Assembly (NCBI RefSeq): GCF_001194135.2
Contig: NC_068988.1
Coordinates: forward strand, 32,642,225 to 32,678,033
Direction: 5' to 3'
Length of the DNA stretch: 35,809 nt
Source: Octopus bimaculoides
Taxonomy: Eukaryota
Part shown: positions 1 to 11,289 of the stretch, one piece after another
How the letters are laid out: every line of letters starts with the position of its first letter
How positions within the stretch are numbered: the first letter of the stretch is position 1
Position numbers and translations under genes: made by a program
Notes under the pieces: generated by a model
Told to the model about the DNA's origin: nothing
The model's database searches: none
Seen by the model: the letters and a program-made list of their open reading frames with translations, nothing else

Positions 1-1720
1 GTGTGTGTGTGTGTGTGCCGTTTTTATTGGTCCCAGAGTTTATTGTGGAATGTGTATATGACTGTGTGTTTGAGTGTTTTTGTGTCGGTGGGGATGTTAG
101 GTGTGTGTATGTGAGAGTGTGCGTATATCTCTTTGTCTGAGTGTGTATGTGTTGTTTTGATCGTCATTCTGGTGTGTGTATGTGTGAGAGCAACCGTATG
201 TATGTGTGAGGGTGTGTGTGAGGGTGTGTACGTATGTGTGCGTATGTGTGTGTATGTATGTATGCATCTGTGNNNNNNNNNNATGTGTGTGTATGTATGT
301 ATGCATCTGTGTGTGTGCGTGAGAGTGTTTTGTGTGAGTGTGGGAGTGTGTGTGTCTCTCTCTGTCTGAGTGGTTATGTTGTTTAAATATCCTTGTGGTG
401 TGTGTGTGTGTGTAAGCAAACGTATGTGTGTGATGGTTCATATGTATGTGTATGTCTACGTCTGTATGTGTGCGTGTGTGGCATGTGTATATGAGTATGT
501 GTGTGTTTTTTATCTATGGTAGGATGGTGTGTGTATGTGTGTGCACGTTTGTGTGAGTGTGTATGTGTGTGATTAATATTTGTTAGGGTGTTCTGTGTGC
601 GCATGTGTGTGTATGNNNNNNNNNNNNNNNNNNNNNNNNNNNNNNNNNNNNNNNNNNNNNNNNNNNNNNNNNNNNNNNNNNNNNNNNNNNNNNNNNNNNN
701 NNNNNNNNNNNNNNNNNNNNNNNNNNNNNNNNNNNNNNNNNNNNNNNNNNNNNNNNNNNNNNNNNNNNNNNNNNNNNNNNNNNNNNNNNNNNNNNNNNNN
801 NNNNNNNNNNNNNNNNNNNNNNNNNNNNNNNNNNNNNNNNNNNNNNNNNNNNNNNNNNNNNNNNNNNNNNNNNNNNNNNNNNNNNNNNNNNNNNNNNNNN
901 NNNNNNNNNNNNNNNNNNNNNNNNNNNNNNNNNNNNNNNNNNNNNNNNNNNNNNNNNNNNNNNNNNNNNNNNNNNNNNNNNNNNNNNNNNNNNNNNNNNN
1001 NNNNNNNNNNNNNNNNNNNNNNNNNNNNNNNNNNNNNNNNNNNNNNNNNNNNNNNNNNNNNNNNNNNNNNNNNNNNNNNNNNNNNNNNNNNNNNNNNNNN
1101 NNNNNNNNNNNNNNNNNNNNNNNNNNNNNNNNNNNNNNNNNNNNNNNNNNNNNNNNNNNNNNNNNNNNNNNNNNNNNNNNNNNNNNNNNNNNNNNNNNNN
1201 NNNNNNNNNNNNNNNNNNNNNNNNNNNNNNNNNNNNNNNNNNNNNNNNNNNNNNNNNNNNNNNNNNNNNNNNNNNNNNNNNNNNNNNNNNNNNNNNNNNN
1301 NNNNNNNNNNNNNNNNNNNNNNNNNNNNNNNNNNNNNNNNNNNNNNNNNNNNNNNNNNNNNNNNNNNNNNNNNNNNNNNNNNNNNNNNNNNNNNNNNNNN
1401 NNNNNNNNNNNNNNNNNNNNNNNNNNNNNNNNNNNAATTGTGAGTGATTAGTTTTGTTTGTATTGTTAGTAGAGTATATGTGTGTATACGTGTGCGTGTG
1501 TTTGTGTGAGTGCGTCTATGTGGCTTGTATTTGTCGGGGAGGTGTGTCATTGTGTGTGCATGCTTCTGTGCATGTGTGCTTGTGAGTGTTTGTTGTGATT
1601 GTTGGGATTGTATTGTGTGTGTTTTTCTTTTGAGTGTGTGTGTGACATTTTTACTGGGGAACAGGCGTATGGTGTTTGTATGTGTGTGTACATATGTATG
1701 CAAATATGCGTGTGTGAATA
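1..1720. repeat. Degenerate (TG)n-rich simple-sequence region, interrupted by gaps at 273-282 and 616-1435
   Basis: Continuous imperfect TG/TATG runs on both sides of the gaps; translations are low-complexity HTHT/CVCV. Confidence 0.9.
616..1435. other. Assembly gap (N)
   Basis: Run of n. Confidence 1.
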
Positions 1721-2249
1721 TATATTTGAGAGGAATGGCAACAAAAGAAAGAAAGAGGTCTCGATATTATGCAAATAGATGAATTCATCTGTAAAAATGT
1801 GACACTTATTCAGTAGCCATGATAAAACTCCGAGTTTCGGATGCCATGGCGTGGGGGTCTACTCCAATATCTCTGATGGGCGACACTGATAGGCTTCCAT
1901 ATTAGGTTTTTTCACTTTTTTCACTTTTTACCTGAATTTTATATTTTTATTTTTTTTTACTTTTATATTTTGATATTATTATATATTTTTAAAATTATTT
2001 TTAGGTTTTTTACATAGTTATAGGGTTAATGGTTTTTGTATTTTTTCACATATAGTTTTTCTGTTTTTCTCCCCTCCAAACATTTTCCGTGCGCTTATAA
2101 ACACGTAGAAGGAACTTTATATGTGCGCGCTTGTGAATGTGCGCGTGGATACGTGCGCATGTAGTTATATACGTGCGTACATTGAGATCTGTGCGTGCGT
2201 GTATGATATACGCAGCTTTAGACGCGGTTTGTCACTACACAGTAAATTA

Positions 2250-2300
2250 CCCTTGTTTTATTTTCCCTTTGCTTATTTCCCTTTGTTTATTTTCCCTTTG
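2250..2300. repeat. Short imperfect tandem repeat, about 15-nt unit (CCTTTGTTTATTTTC), about 3.5 copies
   Basis: ccttgttttattttc / cctttgcttatttc / cctttgtttattttc / cctttg read directly. Confidence 0.7.
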
Positions 2301-2360
2301 AGTTTAATGGTCATTTTTTCAAAAGAATTTCCGGTAGCTAGATAATTTAAGAGATGTTGG

Positions 2361-3094
2361 NNNNNNNNNNNNNNNNNNNNNNNNNNNNNNNNNNNNNNNN
2401 NNNNNNNNNNNNNNNNNNNNNNNNNNNNNNNNNNNNNNNNNNNNNNNNNNNNNNNNNNNNNNNNNNNNNNNNNNNNNNNNNNNNNNNNNNNNNNNNNNNN
2501 NNNNNNNNNNNNNNNNNNNNNNNNNNNNNNNNNNNNNNNNNNNNNNNNNNNNNNNNNNNNNNNNNNNNNNNNNNNNNNNNNNNNNNNNNNNNNNNNNNNN
2601 NNNNNNNNNNNNNNNNNNNNNNNNNNNNNNNNNNNNNNNNNNNNNNNNNNNNNNNNNNNNNNNNNNNNNNNNNNNNNNNNNNNNNNNNNNNNNNNNNNNN
2701 NNNNNNNNNNNNNNNNNNNNNNNNNNNNNNNNNNNNNNNNNNNNNNNNNNNNNNNNNNNNNNNNNNNNNNNNNNNNNNNNNNNNNNNNNNNNNNNNNNNN
2801 NNNNNNNNNNNNNNNNNNNNNNNNNNNNNNNNNNNNNNNNNNNNNNNNNNNNNNNNNNNNNNNNNNNNNNNNNNNNNNNNNNNNNNNNNNNNNNNNNNNN
2901 NNNNNNNNNNNNNNNNNNNNNNNNNNNNNNNNNNNNNNNNNNNNNNNNNNNNNNNNNNNNNNNNNNNNNNNNNNNNNNNNNNNNNNNNNNNNNNNNNNNN
3001 NNNNNNNNNNNNNNNNNNNNNNNNNNNNNNNNNNNNNNNNNNNNNNNNNNNNNNNNNNNNNNNNNNNNNNNNNNNNNNNNNNNNNNNNNNNNNN
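2361..3094. other. Assembly gap (N)
   Basis: Run of n. Confidence 1.
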
Positions 3095-3494
3095 ATTCTT
3101 CATGCCTGTGAGGTCGAGTTGTTTCCGTTGAGAAAACTGGGACATCTTTTAAATATGATGAATGTTTTCTCGTATTCATTCCCCTCCTATCTCTCTTTCC
3201 TCAGGCATTGCCGTTCGTTGTATCTTGGATCTACAATGAAACGTGGAGTACGTGCCAGAGTATATTCCTGAGCCACTTTACGTATGCATTGTATATTTCG
3301 TCTGTACATGTGAATCTTTACGCAACAAGAAGGACAAATCCATATTCACTTTACCAGATACGGGTGTGTAACTTGATTCTATTCGTTCCTGACAATTTTA
3401 TATTCAGCAATCTATATATCATCATACTCTATTGTCTGCTGCACTCATTGAAACCATCAAACATAACGATAGAAATGAGATTTTCCCACTTTAG

Positions 3495-4127
3495 ACGACC
3501 AAACCATGGAACACTATTGAAAGGATTAAGAAGATAATAGGGAAGGCCAACTCATGGTATGATAGCCACAAATACCAGAGCGTCATGTTCTTCAACACCA
3601 ACCCTAGAGATGAACTGGCGTACCGCTTTAGAAGGGCCCTAGACAAACTTAAGCTAAGAATTAAGGTTGTTGAAAGGCAAGGCAACCCATCAAATCCCTT
3701 ATCGGTAGAACCTACTCTTTTAGTAGAACCCCCTGTACTGATAGGAACTGTACTGTATGTAGATTTAGCACACAAACAAACTGTAAAGCCAGAAATGTGG
3801 TCTATAGTATAAGATGTACAGAGGAACGATGCAGTAACAAGACAACGACGTACGAAGGGGAAACTGCACGGAACATAGGAGAGCGGGTTACTGTAACATT
3901 GGAGGGAACTTAAGGAAGGGAAGAGCTCATCAGTTCTGTACCAGCACGCTGGGCAAGAACACGGAGGCTCACTCAACAACATAGAGATTAAAATCTTGTC
4001 CACACATAGATCAGATGCAGCGCTTAGACAAATTACAGAAGCTACACACGTAATAGAAGATAAACCTAGTCTGAATAGGAAACTGGAATGGAACACTAGC
4101 ACACCCCCAACAAACCACAACATTTGA
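3495..4127 (+). mobile_element. 5'-truncated Penelope-like retroelement (Neptune-like): RT-EN linker plus GIY-YIG endonuclease, pseudogenised
   Basis: Manual translation across two frameshifts (near 3690 and 3895) gives KANSWYDSHKYQSVMFFNTNPRDELAYRFRRALDKLKLRIKVVERQG / PIKSLIGRTYSFSRTPCTDRNCTVCRFSTQTNCKARNVVYSIRCTEERCSNKTTTYEGETARNIGERVT / EHWRELKEGKSSSVLYQHAGQEH...EDKPSLNRKLEWN, with TGA at 4125-4127. VVY...YEGET...ER..EH is the GIY-YIG pattern; the Cys-rich linker is a Neptune-group trait. Confidence 0.85.
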
Positions 4128-4176
4128 CAATAAAATCCCCATAAACTGATAACAATATGAACAAAATATAATACAA

Positions 4177-4459
4177 CTAGCAGTATAACCCGGCTTTGCC
4201 CGGGATTAAGTTGGGATTATTAAGCTAATGAAGTTCCTTATTTCAAACCAAACTAAATAACATCGACGTCAAATTTGGGCAGAATCAGTGTTGCAACTGG
4301 AGCGCATGGGTTGCGAATTTGATCGGCAGTGGTGATCAGGTTACACATACCAGCCCTTTGAAAACACCACCGCCATCATCTCACCCCTCTAGGAAAAACA
4401 GAATGGCCAAAAGGGCTCGCGATTCTCTGTGTCAGAAGCGGTTATATATATATAATATA
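4177..4459 (-). mobile_element. Non-autonomous Helitron-like element
   Basis: On the minus strand it ends in a 5-bp hairpin (cccgg 4189-4193 / ccggg 4200-4204) followed 8 nt later by CTAG|T (4180-4177). The other end is tatatatataaccg..., next to the gap. Confidence 0.6.
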
Positions 4460-5099
4460 NNNNNNNNNNNNNNNNNNNNNNNNNNNNNNNNNNNNNNNNN
4501 NNNNNNNNNNNNNNNNNNNNNNNNNNNNNNNNNNNNNNNNNNNNNNNNNNNNNNNNNNNNNNNNNNNNNNNNNNNNNNNNNNNNNNNNNNNNNNNNNNNN
4601 NNNNNNNNNNNNNNNNNNNNNNNNNNNNNNNNNNNNNNNNNNNNNNNNNNNNNNNNNNNNNNNNNNNNNNNNNNNNNNNNNNNNNNNNNNNNNNNNNNNN
4701 NNNNNNNNNNNNNNNNNNNNNNNNNNNNNNNNNNNNNNNNNNNNNNNNNNNNNNNNNNNNNNNNNNNNNNNNNNNNNNNNNNNNNNNNNNNNNNNNNNNN
4801 NNNNNNNNNNNNNNNNNNNNNNNNNNNNNNNNNNNNNNNNNNNNNNNNNNNNNNNNNNNNNNNNNNNNNNNNNNNNNNNNNNNNNNNNNNNNNNNNNNNN
4901 NNNNNNNNNNNNNNNNNNNNNNNNNNNNNNNNNNNNNNNNNNNNNNNNNNNNNNNNNNNNNNNNNNNNNNNNNNNNNNNNNNNNNNNNNNNNNNNNNNNN
5001 NNNNNNNNNNNNNNNNNNNNNNNNNNNNNNNNNNNNNNNNNNNNNNNNNNNNNNNNNNNNNNNNNNNNNNNNNNNNNNNNNNNNNNNNNNNNNNNNNNN
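4460..5099. other. Assembly gap (N)
   Basis: Run of n. Confidence 1.
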
Positions 5100-5157
<58 letters not shown>

Positions 5158-5190
5158 GTGTGTGTGTGTGTGTGCGTGTTTGTGTGTGCT
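5100..5190. repeat. (TG)n microsatellite
   Basis: Near-perfect TG run. Confidence 0.95.
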
Positions 5191-5531
5191 TGTGAGTATG
5201 CATATGTATATGGAACGACACAAGAAACGGCAACGCCAATTAATCAAGGGCACTCATTGTTCGAAATAAAAATTGCTTAATAATAAATGCAAGAAATGTA
5301 GACAAGACCAACAAGTACACAACAATGCCTAACGCAAAGCTACCTGCAGCTTTCACTGAATATGGTTGTAATCACAGACCGTCAGATCAATCATTTTTCT
5401 AATTATGCAATTTGACGCTCTTTATCATTTATATCCATATTTTTAATACGATATGATATTTAGTGAAATTGCTTCACAAATTAAAGTACATCTTTAAAGC
5501 ATGTTAGCACCAATATTTTAACAAAGACAGC

Positions 5532-5534
<3 letters not shown>

Positions 5535-5595
<61 letters not shown>

Positions 5596-5673
5596 TTGTG
5601 TGTGTTTGTGTGTGTGTAATATGTTTTGCCTACCGAAAGCTCCGCATACCGCACGTGCAAAGTTCTTTGGGAA

Positions 5674-5713
<40 letters not shown>

Positions 5714-5762
5714 ATATACACATATATAAACATATATATATATATGCATACACACACATATA
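5535..5762. repeat. Compound microsatellites (TA)n(TG)n and (CA)n(TA)n around a unique spacer of about 60 nt
   Basis: Read directly; the two arms are approximately reverse-complementary. Confidence 0.9.
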
Positions 5763-8229
5763 CAGCTCACCACGAAAGGACCTGGTGTCTCGCTTGCCTA
5801 TGACTTACCTTCAGGTATTTTAACACTAGGCGCATTGAGAACATATTCTCTTTTGACTGAAACCGTAGCCGGCATGTGCACTAACAGCCTACACTTTGTA
5901 CATGTGTGTTCGTTTTTGTTTATATATGCATATACATATACAGATAGTACATATATGTGTATGTGCATGTGTGTGTATGTGTGTGTAATTAAAAAATGCC
6001 TTTGTTTGGATTTAATAAACATGTACAATTTACGAAATCTAAATCTTGTAGAATATAACGAGATATCAAGTAATTTACAGAGAGCTCTACTAGTGAATTT
6101 TCTTCCAAATTTTCTGAGGATTGTCTTTTACACTTCGAAGCAACTCAGTTCTAAATACAATTATTCTGGAAATACATCTACTTGCATAGAATATTATGTA
6201 TGTCCAAAACAATATTTTGCAATATAATAGACCGTTAAATAAATATAAATCGTAAAAACACATGTGTATTTTGTTTCTGAATCTTAATATCATAACATCA
6301 TATATGTTCTACATACATGTTTGTTGATCATACCATGCAGTTATTACACATCAAGTACACTTACTATTCCTATTTCATTAACGGGTGTTTTCTTTCAGTT
6401 TTTAAGCTCTGTGTCTTGGAAGTTGCTGATTTATATCTATAACGGTTTATTATTTGTTTCTGTGTTATTCAATGAAACTCATTTAGTGTATTATCAAGAA
6501 GCCTATTATTCCCTAACTGCATCAAACTCGTGATGACATTTCCGATACTGTATATTAAAACTGTAGCCAAATAGTCTCTATAAACAAGCTATATTAATTG
6601 TCATATCATCCTCATTTCTATTCAATCGTGAGAAGCAATAGTATGAATTATCTTCTATGTGGGTTGTCAAATTGATATACAATCAACCGTAAGCATTGAA
6701 AATTGAACTGATGAAGTTAACGCTGCACGTAAATACAGATTGAGTTACAAGCTAACCGAATCTATCCAATTTGGAGAAAGTGTATTCTGAGTATATTTTA
6801 AATGTGTTCTTACAGCATTTACAGAAATTCTTGAAGAGGTTATGTGACATACAGGAATTGTATTGATTGTTTGGCTAAATATTTTTATCAATGATATCTC
6901 AAATGAATTCACATGCTCGTGTTTTTATGCGTCATATTTCGTATTGCTATTGAAACCGTGTTAGTATAGCCTCGCGAACATATTTCACCGCTATGATATA
7001 CATTTCTTGTTAGAATAGATACCAAACATATCATTTGAAGTAAATTCCTTCCTAAGTCTTGGAGAAGCAATGTCGACAACCAAATAAATATCCCTTTATT
7101 TGTTACTGCAATGTAATGCAGTTTATTGACTGATCGAATGACTATGATATTGAGTCTACTTACTTATGCACGAACTATACATGGAACACAACTGTCACGA
7201 CCATATGTTTCCTGACATTTATATGCTCTGAATATTATATTTACATTAGCAAAAGTAGAAGCATGCTTTACTTACTAGTGTGGATATTGTTACAAATTTA
7301 GATGGAAATATCGATAAATAATATCATATATTATGTAATTCAGTATCTCTGACAGTTAATAATTATTATATGAAAATCAATTATACTAATATTTAAATTA
7401 AAAACATGGTATTTTACAATAGTATGCAATCAATTAACGGAAGATGGTATAAACATAAAATAGATTAATGGTAGATTAATGATAAATGTTTTATTTCTTC
7501 AAATTTGTAAACAACATACAATATTTGCAATTAAATATGACATTGTTTATGTTACGTCATTTTACTTAAGTAACAATTCCTCGTTTAATTTACCTCTTCT
7601 CTGCACGACAATATTACAGTTGAATAAAAAAGAAAAACAAAAAAATAACAAGGAAGAGGATACTCCACTGAAATGGTACTAAAAATTGCATGAATGTAAT
7701 TCGCGTATAAAGGTATATTATTATGGCAAACTGCCGCTTATTACGTGCAACAAAATACTGAATATGATAGGAATTGTTTTCAATGTCGAAAGAATTGATT
7801 GATGTGTAAATATGTATCATGTGTTATGAAACATGTCACTGGTACTTTAATAGTCATTTCATTTGAATGTTATAGTATTAAAATTACAGAACTTGTTTCG
7901 ATTTTATACAGCGTAATGAAAACGTTTTTACCAAAATTAAAGAAAAAAATGAATATAGCAGATGTACTAAGAAAATGTGTTTCCGTAAGAAGTGTAAGCC
8001 GATATTGGTCGCTGTAGAAATACAAATAGAAAATTGAAACTCCTGATTGATCCATCATTTTGTTCATGTTTATTGTTTACATAACGAAAGTGAGTTTAGC
8101 GTTGTTTCTAACAATCCTATCATATATCTATAAAACACGAAGCAAATTAAAGAATCCAATGAAACCTCTGCTTGCATAAATGCTATTAATTGAATTGTTA
8201 CTAGAAATGTGTTCACTCTATAACTAAAG

Positions 8230-8420
8230 ACATATATAAAACCGAGAATGTGTGTCTGTCTGTGTATCTCTGTGTCTGTCTGTGTATCTCTGTGTCTGTC
8301 TGTGTATCTCTGTGTCTGTCTGTGTATCTCTGTGTCTGTCTGTGTATCTCTGTATGTGTAAGTGTGCTTCACTGAAATTCGAGAATTACCCAACCGATTT
8401 CATTCGAATTTTACACATGC
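8230..8420 (+). mobile_element. Helitron/DINE-1-like non-autonomous element with an internal minisatellite
   Basis: atatataaaaccgagaat, then a GTCT-rich array, then caaccgatttcattcgaattttacac. This layout matches DINE-1/Lep1-type elements (from recall). Confidence 0.45.
8251..8350. repeat. Five perfect tandem copies of a 20-bp unit, TGTGTCTGTCTGTGTATCTC
   Basis: Units start at 8251, 8271, 8291, 8311 and 8331, with no spacers. Confidence 0.97.
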
Positions 8421-8558
8421 AGTGCAGTGTCATGGATAAAAAAAAACATTTAAACTGTTTGCCTAATGCAAGCCCGGAGGAATCTTTTATCTCTTATACT
8501 ATATCACTATTACGTGTCAAAAGTGAAAAAAATTACATCACGATTGTAATGTGACAAA

Positions 8559-8710
8559 ATGGTTCTGGGTTCAGTCCCACTACGTGGCACTTTGGGCAAG
8601 TGTCTTGTACTATAGCCTCAGGCCCACCAAAGCCTTGTGAGTAGATTTGGTAGACGGAAACTGAAAGAAAACCGTCGTATATATGAATATGTATATATAT
8701 ATATATATAT
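8559..8710 (+). mobile_element. tRNA-derived SINE, 5'-truncated, octopus CORE-type; runs into (TA)n and the gap
   Basis: B-box-like ggttcagtccc, CORE-like ctttgggcaagtgtctt, then ggtagacggaaactgaaagaa; homologous to the inverted copy at 33965-34281. Confidence 0.75.
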
Positions 8711-9656
8711 NNNNNNNNNNNNNNNNNNNNNNNNNNNNNNNNNNNNNNNNNNNNNNNNNNNNNNNNNNNNNNNNNNNNNNNNNNNNNNNNNNNNNNNNNN
8801 NNNNNNNNNNNNNNNNNNNNNNNNNNNNNNNNNNNNNNNNNNNNNNNNNNNNNNNNNNNNNNNNNNNNNNNNNNNNNNNNNNNNNNNNNNNNNNNNNNNN
8901 NNNNNNNNNNNNNNNNNNNNNNNNNNNNNNNNNNNNNNNNNNNNNNNNNNNNNNNNNNNNNNNNNNNNNNNNNNNNNNNNNNNNNNNNNNNNNNNNNNNN
9001 NNNNNNNNNNNNNNNNNNNNNNNNNNNNNNNNNNNNNNNNNNNNNNNNNNNNNNNNNNNNNNNNNNNNNNNNNNNNNNNNNNNNNNNNNNNNNNNNNNNN
9101 NNNNNNNNNNNNNNNNNNNNNNNNNNNNNNNNNNNNNNNNNNNNNNNNNNNNNNNNNNNNNNNNNNNNNNNNNNNNNNNNNNNNNNNNNNNNNNNNNNNN
9201 NNNNNNNNNNNNNNNNNNNNNNNNNNNNNNNNNNNNNNNNNNNNNNNNNNNNNNNNNNNNNNNNNNNNNNNNNNNNNNNNNNNNNNNNNNNNNNNNNNNN
9301 NNNNNNNNNNNNNNNNNNNNNNNNNNNNNNNNNNNNNNNNNNNNNNNNNNNNNNNNNNNNNNNNNNNNNNNNNNNNNNNNNNNNNNNNNNNNNNNNNNNN
9401 NNNNNNNNNNNNNNNNNNNNNNNNNNNNNNNNNNNNNNNNNNNNNNNNNNNNNNNNNNNNNNNNNNNNNNNNNNNNNNNNNNNNNNNNNNNNNNNNNNNN
9501 NNNNNNNNNNNNNNNNNNNNNNNNNNNNNNNNNNNNNNNNNNNNNNNNNNNNNNNNNNNNNNNNNNNNNNNNNNNNNNNNNNNNNNNNNNNNNNNNNNNN
9601 NNNNNNNNNNNNNNNNNNNNNNNNNNNNNNNNNNNNNNNNNNNNNNNNNNNNNNNN
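8711..9656. other. Assembly gap (N)
   Basis: Run of n. Confidence 1.
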
Positions 9657-9775
9657 ATTTAAGAAACACACAAAAACCGTTAGATTCACTTCAACATTTA
9701 AATTTAATTTGCCAAAATATTTTCGTCGCTCTGAGACAGTCACCTTTTCAGTGACAAAATTCCGTGCTACATCAT
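9657..9775 (-). repeat. Interspersed repeat with a hammerhead-shaped fold, probably a PLE terminal-repeat remnant
   Basis: Minus strand reads tttgtca-CTGAAAA-ggtgac..gcgac-GAAA-atat-TT-tggcaaa. Stem I pairs over 7 bp, but the core is non-canonical. Confidence 0.4.
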
Positions 9776-9784
9776 ATATATGTG

Positions 9785-9828
<44 letters not shown>

Positions 9829-9895
9829 CGTATGTGTGTGTGCGTGTGTGTGTGTACGTGTGTGTGTGTATGTGTGTGTGTGTGTGTGTGTGTTG
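9776..9895. repeat. (TG)n microsatellite
   Basis: Read directly. Confidence 0.95.
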
Positions 9896-10139
9896 AGTTT
9901 CCATAGGATATGTGTTCTATAAATGCGCATACCACCCTTTAGAAATATATATGCCTGTACATCTATATCTATTTACATATATATACATCTGTATATGCAT
10001 ATATGTATATGCATAAATGTGTAATGGTGTCTGTCTGTGTGTGTGTTTGGGGTTACTCTAACTCCTGCCACACCGTCCAACCGCTTTTAATAGTTTTTGG
10101 CACATATGTAGATCACATGCCCTGAAGTACAAATAAGGC

Positions 10140-10700
10140 TGGAAATGTTTGAAAACTCGATACCTAGTTGGCATCGATTTTTGTGAGCTTAATCAGGCGT
10201 TTGAATGGAAATACCCATCCTCATGTTATTTTCCCTGCAGATTTTGCATGTTTTGTCTGATTGTGATGCAAATCGATGAATGAGCGAGGCTCATAGCAGT
10301 GTGTTGGTTTCAGCATATGGTAAAACATCCATAATTGGGCGTGAGCATGAATTTTATAAACTCAGTAAGCTTTTGCGTGCAAATATCCATAAGGATTCTA
10401 TTTCTGGCGGTAACTTGTATATTTTTATCCGATTTTAATGAAATCTAAGATGTAAGTAAATTTTATGGTGTGGGAGAGGGTAAAGTTGTGTATTTAATTC
10501 GAAAGGACTGGAAAAGGGCACACATGCAAATAAGCATTTCCTTAGAGAAACTCTTATCGATTTTGTAGAAATTTTACACGTAATTACAGTTGATGTCCAT
10601 CAGTTGATGCCAACATGAAAAGTTGCGAAGAAATCGATAATTGCGCGTGAGCGGGGATTTGAAAAATCAATACGCATTTTTTGTATGCAATTACCCATAG
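10140..10700. repeat. Probable interspersed repeat with recurring CGATTTT...GAAAT modules (Helentron/DINE-1-like)
   Basis: atcgatttttgtgag, ccgattttaatgaaatc and atcgattttgtagaaatt recur. The family assignment is from recall only. Confidence 0.3.
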
Positions 10701-11059
10701 AATTAATATTTTATGCTGTAACCTTTACAGAATTCACACTTAGGTAAAGTTTATGATCAGAGTCATGAAGTAGAATTAAAATGAAACTGATGAAAGTCAC
10801 AAATCGTGAAAATTCATTCACAGTAAAATAATGATCAGATTTTGAAGAAAATTGACCTATGTGTAAACTTAAGCACTTCGACATATGGAACATCGATTAT
10901 TCATATAATGTATTAGGATTTAAAAGTCAATGGGATATCTTCATATAAATGGTCACATGGATTCTATTCTATGGCATAACCTTAGTATTTTTCTTTGGAT
11001 TGTACTGAAATTGGACACGCTGATCAATTTTGTACAGAGGGTGGCATTAAGGGGACAAG

Positions 11060-11278
11060 ATGAAACAAATATCACACTCAAAATAGGTTAACTGCAATTT
11101 CAGACGGTCCAGTGTGTAGGAGTTTCTCGAAACCGTTAATCGTGTAAAATCCCTGCCGAACAAGATATAACATTTTAAAGGGTAATAGTTTGCACGGGGA
11201 ACGTAGATTTCAATAAAGGTCAGAGATGGGCTTAACGTCAACACGGAGAACACGAGCAATGCCGGGCCCAACAGCTAG
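11060..11278 (+). mobile_element. Helitron-like 3' terminus
   Basis: cacgagcaatgccgggcccaacagCTAG|T (11251-11279) resembles the terminus at 4177-4205. The 5' boundary is uncertain. Confidence 0.45.
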
Positions 11279-11289
11279 TATACACACAA

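Noticed and set aside
3491-4123. 210-aa minus-strand ORF
   Set aside because: It is exactly antisense to the PLE GIY-YIG remnant and has no recognisable motifs; a shadow ORF.
7160-7235. Minus-strand TNFR-like peptide AYKCQETYGRDSCVPC next to a GTAAGT donor
   Set aside because: An in-frame TAA sits immediately before the donor and the match is too short.
8251-8350. CRISPR-like regular repeats
   Set aside because: Head-to-tail 20-mers with no spacers, in a eukaryotic context with no cas genes.
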